From Phoronis australis (taxonomy: Eukaryota > Animalia > Phoronida): a stretch of DNA of 64,000 nt. A program made the position numbers and the translations under genes. Shown here piece after piece: positions 54,556-64,000 of this stretch. The stretch lies in NCBI GenBank assembly GCA_002633005.1, contig NMRA01000075.1:423950-487949 (forward strand), written 5' to 3'. Every line of letters begins with the position of its first letter. Position 1 is the first letter of the stretch. A model generated the notes under the pieces. That model searched no databases and had not been told where the DNA came from. It was given only the letters and a program-made list of their open reading frames with translations.

Positions 54556-57500
54556 GTCACAGACGTAGTGGAAGATTAATAATGGCAAACAGATAAATGC
54601 AGAACGTTAATTTGCACTTTACTTACTCCAATTTTTATGTTAAGGAGTGTGGTTCAACATGAAAGTCTATTTATACACATGAAAAATGTCTACATTTATT
54701 ATTATCATATGGAACAAGGCCTACACAATTTAGTGTGGGTGATTTCAAGATGTCAGTTATCATTATATTTCCGGCCAGTCAGGTCGTGCAAACACGTGGC
54801 CACAACGATAGTCCCCTAGCAAAAATTGGAAAGCGTTAAGGTTATATAGGACCTAAGAAATGTACAGACTTGGCTAACTTTGGAAAATAATATCTGCTGA
54901 ACGGCTTATTGGAGTTCAGAGGAAATGTTTAGGTGCTATATTTTATAAGACGCTGTTAAGTATTGTTTTTAAAATGGTCCACCTTTTCAAGAGGGGCTGT
55001 CAAAAATAATATTGCTATGTATTTAGTGAAATCAATGAGAAGCTGTATAAAAACGAAATGATAATTTAAAAAAAAATGTAACAGTTTTTTGAGATTTCAT
55101 TCGCAACATTTTTAAGCATATTCAACAAAATTTGGTTAACTTAGTAACGCCGAAGGTTTGCTATACGTGAACCTTTCTTTTCTGCTGAAAACACCTGATC
55201 GCATGATCCAATCATAGACAATCTGGAACATGGTCAGTACAAAATCTTATTCCACTGTCTTCATACTTTCAGAAAAGATATACCTTAAGTGAGTTAAATT
55301 TTATAGTCTTATAGATGTTTGTTTGAACGTACAGCACAGACTGGTCGATACAGTCCTGCTTAACATTTACATGTACATACAACCTGTACATGTAGTTTAA
55401 TGATGTTCTTACTGCTCTTGCAGTGCAGTGACGCTAGTTGCTAATAAAACACGTCGTATACGTTTGTGTGCCATGCCTGCATAGATGATAAGGTTATTAT
55501 CGAGTATCTGTGGGTAAACTAGCATAAGGTGAAAGAGGTTTATCTTTAGTTTCACATGCTTTTAATTTTATTTCTTCTAAAATGCTATCTAATTTGAAAT
55601 AACGATAAATGAGGAACAGATTGAGAACATCGCAGACCTCTATTAAGACCCTTCACACTTGACCACCACCGGACACTAACGCTATTCAAATTCACACTAC
55701 CGAATGCAAATGAGCTTAGCTCATAGCCCACGTCTGGAGCAAATTGAACTGTGAGGATATTGCCTCGCGAGGCTGTAAGGCAAATGCCTCACTTGATTGA
55801 CTTCTTTTACCTAGAGAGAATGCGGGCGAGGTGAGCTAAGTGTTTCGTCAATTCACCTTCGGAAGCTTATGAAAATTAATTATTCCACCACACGATAAAT
55901 CTATCCCCCGAAGTGTCCCGATGGTTAACAAGGCTCACATGCAGGAGGCAATGCAGACAATTACGCGTTGCTTGGGTACGCAGACGACTGTGTACCCTCA
56001 AGTTATTCATTTCAAATACAGAGCATAACATCTAATAAAATATGCATTTAACACATACCGTGACTCTGGAGACAATTTAATCAAGACAGTTTAAACACTA
56101 ACATATCCATGAAAATCTGTCGCAGTTCACTCGAGGTTCCGTCAACGGTTGCCATTTTGAGGAAATTACGCCTGTTTACGAACAAAAAAGGACTCAAATC
56201 TTACAAATTCCACCGGATATCTCCCATGCCACTTTTTGCAAATGTCCCGCGCCAAGTCACGCGCTTCGTTCAGAGTCGTGCTTGTTGTTGCCATAGAATT
56301 CTACCCATGTAATGGCAATTACCGCACGTGACCTATGTATTCTGTTACTAGAGCTGTGACACCGAGACTTGCCGCGAGAGTTTGCACTGAGAATATCCGG
56401 TGCCTGCTCGACTGAGTGTTGACCGTGAGTCGTACTTAATTATTCAAGCCTAACTTCATTGCTTCATTTTCATTTTGCTATTGTTGTTCATCATACGAGA
56501 CTCTTGGGGTACGGTTCCATATAATCAGCGATTTCTCGGCAAAGTTAGTCGACAAATCCCGCAGTTGCACCGACCTGTTGCCCTGGGTGGATGCCGGGAG
56601 TAGTTTGGCCTATGATATCTTTTCAGCTCCAGTCGTAGAACCGCTTTCGACAACCTATTACACTACATGCCAGGAGTTTTTCAACAAGATATTTTGGTTG
56701 TTAAGAAGTTGGAAAGAAGTTCCATGTGGCCTAATTGAAAACTTTATGTCCTAAAACAGTTGTGTTCACGTAACTTCCGAAAAAATTCTCATCATTGTTT
56801 AGGTAATTATGTGTGCACGCGCGCGCACGTGCGTGCATGCATGAGTGTAAGTATGTGTGTGTGGGTGTGTGTTACTACTGTTTTCGATTGTCTCTATAAT
56901 TATTAAATTGTGCAATCTTTACCTGTCACTTGCCCAGATTCCGTTTTTTGTTAAATCGATTTCTGAGAAGTAGGCCTACATGTACTGTTAACTCTAGAGT
57001 ACCCGTAAAATAAAATTTTAAAAAGCGAAAATTTTACCTTGTAAAAGAACCCAATCCAGAACTTCGTGTTGCTATTAGAGTACAGTGTATTTGCTAAATG
57101 CCCGCTCTTGGCGGACTGTCCCGCTTTTTGATTTTTCCGGGATCCCGCCCCACCTTCTACATTCAAAATGTCCAGCTTTTTGAACCACGGCGAAATTGAC
57201 ATAGAACATGGAACATTAGTTTGTCACCACTAAAAGGGCGTCACCCGACGCGGTTCGCCCCCTGCCCCCTCCTACAGTGTAGGTACGCCACTGCGCCTTA
57301 GATTGGTATACATACATGTAAAGTTGGACATGCACGATGTCAACTGATCCTGAAATGATGGTTATTTGGAAATTTTCCATTTAAAAAAATCAAATTTATA
57401 ACACTAATTCTACATAAGCTATTAATAAAAATTGATTTATTTAATTTCACTGTAATTTAATTAACTTCTTGTCATGAAACCAGGACTTTCTTTGACATGC

Positions 57501-59719
57501 TTTCGGAAACGTTGAGTTGTGTGGTGTCGGCAGAAGGGAATGTCTTCTATCGTCTGTGAAACTTCAATCTCTTCATCGGTTTTCTTTGAGGTGACACCAA
57601 GGGAACTCCCACGAAAATAAGTTTTATTACAATGAGTGAGCTTTTCCATAAAAACCACAATTACATTTACATGGAATTAAATTTAATGTGAAAACATTTT
57701 CTAAAATGAGTACACTTGCTCTGCGATGTTATGGTTCATACTTTTCTTTCAGAGGTCTGTCAGAAACCCCGGCCAACCCGCGATCGAGAACGCCCGGAAG
57801 GCGATCGAGAACGAATTTTTTTGCGCTAGAAGCCAAGCCAGGCAATGTGAGAAAACTTGATGAATTTTCGTTGTTTTTACTTCCAACGTGAAAACAGAGA
57901 CGTGAGTTCAAGGCGTAACACATTGAGGAAGGGCGGGTAGAGGCTTAGGCTTGTGTCTCTTCCAATTTTACATGTAGGAGAAAAGTTACGTTGACCGAGG
58001 CATCGCTTAAGCCGAAGATGATTCTTATGTCATTTTGGCAAATTGCCATTATTTTTGGCACTAAATCAATAAATTGACCATGGATTTATTAAGAAATGAT
58101 GCGTAAAAATATAACGCAACGCTTGTTTTTTGTAGTTTTATCAAGATCTCTGATTTTTCAACGCTTTTCTGCAGCTGAAAGATGCGATCGAGAACGCAAC
58201 GATAAGCAATCGGGAACGCAAATTTGTGTTTGTTCATGCGATCGGGAACGCATCGCGGTGTAATGATCTTTTTACTTATAAAACGTGAAAAGGTTACAAA
58301 ATAAGTGTGGTGCAATGACTTAATCACATTTTGCGTCATTTCTGTGTTACTTTCGTATCAAAACTAAACAGCAACATACATGTAGCATATTTCCATTAAA
58401 TTGCCATGAGCACTTCATGTACATGTACATCAAGCATAATTTTAGTTTCACAAACGAAATTATTTTCATTTCAGGCAACAAGTTCACTGTTATTGTGAGG
58501 CGAGCTTCAACGAATATGTTACCCATGACGTGAAGGTACACCCTACCGGGGTTTTGAAAAGTACAGGCAGCTACTTTTAGACGAAACCACTGAGAACAAG
58601 GGTTTCTAAACTGAAGACTCACCCGGGAGTTGTTGCCATGTGGCGTGCCAGCCAGGGTAAACAAATTGTTGCAGCAAATGATAGCGAGTGTACAATCTTG
58701 CAAAAGGAAAAAGAAACAAATAGCCAGTGAAGTCAAAGAATGATGATGAACTTGCCCATGGGGAGAGAGGGGAGTGCGGCAACACTTCACGAGATGATTC
58801 AAAGATTCCCAGTCATAAACGTCTAGGATTTAAAACTTGGCCAGAAGTTGTGTAAACTAGGGTGCTGTTAAAGCAGGTGGGAATTTACTTGATGTTTTAC
58901 TGATAACATCGATACAAAGATGAACAGATTGACTTGTGGCACCCGTGTGGCTTGAATGTACGTTGTGTTTGACTCTTCTGTTCAGTAGTTTTGGCCGTAA
59001 GTTCACCTGCATCATCAGTTCATGATCTCCAGTTTAATGTTACATTGAAAAAGATTGAGACAATTGTAATACACATACTTATTGTGATTTTCCCAAATCA
59101 TAGTCAACATGTTGTCATTAACGTCACTTCAACTACACACTGTAGTGATTTACACAGGAAATCAACAATACACTGTATCATAGCATTTCTATTATAATAT
59201 TAATCTTTTATCACACATTAACTTAAAATTGGTTTCAGTTACAAAAATATATGAATTTATTGCTTTAGGGAAATCAACATTACAAATCCATTGAACATTT
59301 CCAACGAATTACTTTTGGAATGTTTTAGACTAAATCATTACTGAATCATAGACAATGTATTTAGGACTGATTGATAGTATAATAATCTCTCACAGGTAAT
59401 CAACAGCAATATGAAAGCAATTTCTACAATAATCATAGACATATATTTTCTTTTAAAATACAATTGGTCAGAACATTTGTATGTAAGTATTGCCCAATGA
59501 CACTTAGTATGGCCATTTAGATCTACTTAAACACTATAAAAATATACTGGTCCTGTTAAAGATTCTTTTGAAATAACACAAATATAGAAAGAAACTTGAG
59601 GAAAAAAAGTTCAAAACAAAACGTCAAAATACACATCAGACCACTACCAACCACAAACACTTTAAATCTGAATAAACTATAGTGAATTAACAACATTCAC
59701 CACTGGACTTAATGAATTT

Positions 59720-60069
59720 ATTCATGACGTTTCTGCTTGCTATGCTGTAGAAGGAGGCATACTGTTTGCATGACATGCGACATTCACCACAAAAAGGAGT
59801 GTCCTCGTGCTGTGACGCATTGTCGCATCAGGCTCACTCTTTCCGTGAAACATTGATCACAGATAGGACATTGGATCGACCTGAGTCCTGAGCACGATGC
59901 TTCATGCTGTGTTTTACTATACTGGTAAAAAACTTTTGACGCATGCAACGTGTCAATTACAGGGATGGTAAAGGTCTTGCTTTGTGTATGGTCATTGTAT
60001 TTTATTGCCATGTGGTCATACTAAGTCGATTTCTTAGTTCCTGAACGAGGCTCCACAACACACACACAC
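59720..60069 (-). pseudogene. Degenerate C2H2 zinc-finger array inside the TIR element
   Basis: VCVCCGASFR/TKKST*YDHMAIKY; ...FYQYSKTQH; IQCPICDQCFTERVSLMRQCVTAR; /CGECRMSCKQYASF/LQHSKQKRH. Contains frameshifts and stops. Confidence 0.55.
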
Positions 60070-60244
60070 NNNNNNNNNNNNNNNNNNNNNNNNNNNNNNN
60101 NNNNNNNNNNNNNNNNNNNNNNNNNNNNNNNNNNNNNNNNNNNNNNNNNNNNNNNNNNNNNNNNNNNNNNNNNNNNNNNNNNNNNNNNNNNNNNNNNNNN
60201 NNNNNNNNNNNNNNNNNNNNNNNNNNNNNNNNNNNNNNNNNNNN
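60070..60244. other. Assembly gap (N run)
   Basis: 175 N, preceded by a (CA)n run. Confidence 1.
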
Positions 60245-63200
60245 CCGTTGTGACATTCAACAGTTCTACTACTCATTTTTCGAAGGCATGGACGTTAACA
60301 CCCTGAAGGACTCGTCGTGTTGCTACAGTTCAACTGAAAAAATCAAACACATTCAGGTATGTTTGTTTGGCTAAATCTCACTTAGAAATAATGAAAAAAC
60401 GATGATTAATAATCAACCCATTAACTAATTCAGGTTCCGTATTATTCTAAAATTATTGACATAATACCGTAACTTGAACGACTATCCAGTCCAATGCGGA
60501 GAAAAAAATATGTGTTCACTATCGCCATATACATGTAGAATTAACGACTTCGTTCCCGATCGCCGTCTCAAACAATAACCTGTTTGCATTGGTAAATATC
60601 TCGAAGTGTTTCACAAGTTATAACTAACAAAAGTGTCACCAGGGACGATTAAATTATAAACATCACACGTCTCTACATAAGAACCCTGGAATTGCTAATA
60701 ACAAGTAGAAATTGTCGATATTACGAGGCGCAAGGCATTTTACTGAAAGCCTTTGCTTTCTGAGCTCTTTATTTAAAAATAAGCAAAAGCCAAGTATTAT
60801 TTCAGATCCACAACAAAGGTTACTCTCTGACGCTTTTCTGTGTGTAGCATTCGTACCAAAGTGACCTTTATTTAAGCAGAAAATGACACTTAAACTCTCC
60901 GGGTACGTCATTGTCGTCTGCCATTTTTGGTGCAAGGTCTCGTTCTCGATCGCTTTCCGGGCGTTCTCGATCGCAGGTTGGCCGGGGTGGTTATGCTCAA
61001 ACCATTATTTATGCACACAAGTTTCTACCACAATACGGAAAGGCATCAGACGCATGTTGGTTTTGTGACTAAGCAACCATGGTGAAGGCCGGTTTATTGT
61101 TTCATTAGTTTCTGCTACAGTTCCTTGTTGAGTGGTCCGCCGCCTAGTTTCCAGGGGAAAACTGAAAAAGTGAGATATGTCAAACACGGCCAAAGAAATG
61201 TTATTGAAATCTGCTCTGCGAGGGTTGTATATTACAATCGAAGGATGGTGCACTTACCAATGGAAATATTGCGAGTGCGTTGTTAATTCTTTGAACGAGA
61301 GGGAAGTATCGAAGGCCACTCGATGTTCGGAGACATTCAGCTACCTGTGTATGAGTCCGTTCGAAACTCGCTCATTAATAACTTGAAGTTCGATGTTTGT
61401 TGGTGCTTTTCACGAATTCAATGGATGTGAGGAGATTTTGAAAGTTGTTAAAACAAGTTTCCCCGCCAGCGTGCAAAAATCGGCAGACAGATTAACAGGA
61501 GTACAAATGTCACCGTCTGTCACACTTTAGGAACATCTCGGTATGGCGCTGATAGGTTTAAAATCTATGAAGATTCATCGATATGATTTCATTTCAGACA
61601 CAATGACCTCTCGTAAATAAACCCACTTTTGTCCTGTACTTAATATAGACTCTACAGTTAAACTCTGGTTTATCACTCGACGCCTACGGTGCATTAGCAG
61701 GAGAAAGAAAGAGGATTTGATGAAACAAACTGGAGTTTAGAGTCCTTAATTTATTTTAAGATTCTAAACACTGTTTTGCTGATTTCAACCAGTCCTCTTT
61801 CTCTCTATTGCTAAACCACCATTGGATTCCATTAATTACAACAGATTTCAAATAAAACCGCATTTCAAATGTGGCACGGAGTAGACATGGTTCTTGGTGG
61901 GACATCTTTCCCTGCAGTTCCTTTGACAGACATCGAGCGAAATTTTCAAAATTCGCTCCAAACGTTTTAGTGTTTACGAGGGTTTCATAGACTTATTTTT
62001 AGACCTGAAATGGATTTTTGTGGTTGACATCTTTAAATAGAACAAAATCTAGTTAAACACGCCTATAAAATGATGACAAACCCGGCTTTGGCTTATTGAC
62101 AGGTATTGAAAGCAGGTATCCCATTCAGTTCTCTGAAACAAAGTATGGCTCTGTAACCTTCGACAACCCACACAACTTTGTAGCAAAATTTGTGAACGCG
62201 AAGTCTGCTAAATGGGCAAGCGTGACTTACTGTACGCCTTAGGCGAGGTACACAACAAAGAAGACCACCCCCAGAACCATAATATCCAGTTTGTGGCTCA
62301 GAGGTTATGAATTTTTGCTTGAATTTCACTTTTATCACTCCCGTGGGATGCCAGTGATGCATCAGCAGGTGGCAGGAGAAGTCTTTGAGTGGAATCGCCC
62401 AAACAGGGTTTAGTATTCTTTTAAAATAGCGGAAGAATTACGGAAATAGTGCTAGGTGATGAATTTACATGTATACCAACGGTGCAAAAACACCATTTGT
62501 TTTCGCATAGAATTTCCCACCTCGACAAACGGCCATACACTTAAGTGACCACTCAGCTCAGTGAAGTACTCTTTAGTTTTGACTCGCGCTGCCTCTATGC
62601 ACCTTTAAAGTATATAATTATCATCCCTAAATTATTGATCAAGTTGTTGTCGGAAGGTAGGAAACTACATGTACTCCTTTCTTTTGGTCAGTACGACAAA
62701 TGTTACCCGTACGTATATTGAAGTTTTGAAGTCAAAAGATTCAATTTCTGACGGCTTGATGGAGGTTGTTTTCAGTAAGTAGCCTACACACGTAACTACT
62801 GTAAAATCGATAACACTTCGGGACTTATGATTCAAACAGGTTGAATTTTTATACGGCAGAACACTGAGGTACTAGACGCAGGTCTAAGGCAAATTAGCAG
62901 AAACGTGCCGTATTAATTTCAGGTTACAGATGCGTATAGGACCATGCGTAAATTTAGCCAAATACCTACAAAACGTTTGAATGGGAGGCGCAGCACTGAA
63001 AAAAGTGGGACTATAGCTCCCCAGCCCCCTATGATGCGCCGCCGACGAATACATATTATTAAAGAAACATTTCATTTTTTGTGAAAGTAGAATTACACTT
63101 TGCCTTCAATGGCTATTATTTAGGTCACGTGACCACGTCTCAAAAAGCTGTTACAGTTTCTCAACTCATCATTTGAAGACCCATTTTGATAGCCACCGTT

Positions 63201-64000
63201 CGAAAGTGAAATAATTTTTAAATCAATTTCTATCGCCCTTTTGAAAAAACTGCATAAATCATATCTGGTCTGTAAAAGCATAATGCGTTCCGGTCTGTAC
63301 ACCGACTCATTTTGATACCTGCGCTCACCTCTGACCAGTTGCCAAAGAGATATCACATGCTAACCTAGTGTTGGCTTACGAAATTAATACATAAATATTT
63401 GGAAGTGGACTGCTGCGACGTCCACGTGCGTGCAGTATCAAACCCCTCGAACTACACACGTTGACCCAAGTCGCCACAGTAACCAGGTGGCGAGACCCTC
63501 TCGTCTCCAAGTCGGCTCACCACGATCTCATCCTAAACAACACGTGACAATCGACGGCATTTCGTGAGTCTGCTTAAATTAATCTAATAAACAAAATTCT
63601 AGTAAATCGAGAAGCATAAACTGAAGGGTGAAGCACTGAATATCGCATTTGCTGATTCCCCGTGACTCGCAAGTTACCACAGGCAACAGTTGCCTGGGTG
63701 ACCCCGGCCACTCAGAAGACCCATCACAAATCACGGTTATTGGTTAAATTTACGAATAAAAGAACAACAGATGACAAGTGATCAAACGCGTTGCTTTTAA
63801 TGTCCGGTATTACAAGATAATGTCATACATGTGGACAAAAATTAACAACATACATGTGTATCAGAAAGATTCAATAAACGCTGGTGTGGACTTGCGAATT
63901 AAATGGCACATAGTAAATTAACAAATGGTTATTTGTATGCTTTTATTATGAATTTAACAATGAGTTCAATTGAAAACAGAACAAGTTATCTTGATTTGAT

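Larger units (their letters stand above)
57766..60988. mobile_element. ~3.2 kb TIR DNA transposon (CMC/EnSpm-like termini), decayed
   Basis: ~48-bp IR ACCCCGGCCAACCCGCGATCGAGAACGCCCGGAAGGCGATCGAGAACGA / TCGTTCTCGATCGCTTTCCGGGCGTTCTCGATCGCAGGTTGGCCGGGGT. Subterminal GCGATCG[A/G]GAACGC repeats at 58184-58251. No clear TSD. Confidence 0.72.

Noticed and set aside
54840-55284. Possible TTAA-flanked MITE (GGTTATAT...ATATACC)
   Set aside because: TIR too short and imperfect to support from a single copy.
1-64000. CRISPR arrays, tRNA/rRNA genes, prokaryotic operons
   Set aside because: No regularly spaced repeat-spacer array or structured RNA gene was recognised, and the sequence is intron-containing eukaryotic DNA.

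Overview
Metazoan (probably invertebrate) genomic DNA with spliceosomal introns, many repeats and one assembly gap. Three genes are readable, all on the + strand. (1) The last four coding exons of an NRF-6/OACYL-type O-acyltransferase (383-7275). (2) A single-coding-exon NRARP (17490-17840) surrounded by CSL/Su(H) sites, including an inverted paired site about 4.75 kb upstream. (3) A hand-assembled six-coding-exon gene of about 202 aa (32112-54555) that no single ORF in the track shows. It is phase-consistent at every junction, carries motifs reminiscent of ciliary microtubule inner proteins, and one exon lies in a ~1.7 kb tandem duplication that left two acceptor-less copies. The rest is transposon debris: two Kolobok-like TTAA elements with decayed THAP domains, hAT MITEs with exact 8-bp TSDs, a ~3.2 kb TIR element carrying decayed C2H2 fingers, two LINE remnants, hairpin MITEs and microsatellites. 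All calls were made by eye; no database searches were run.
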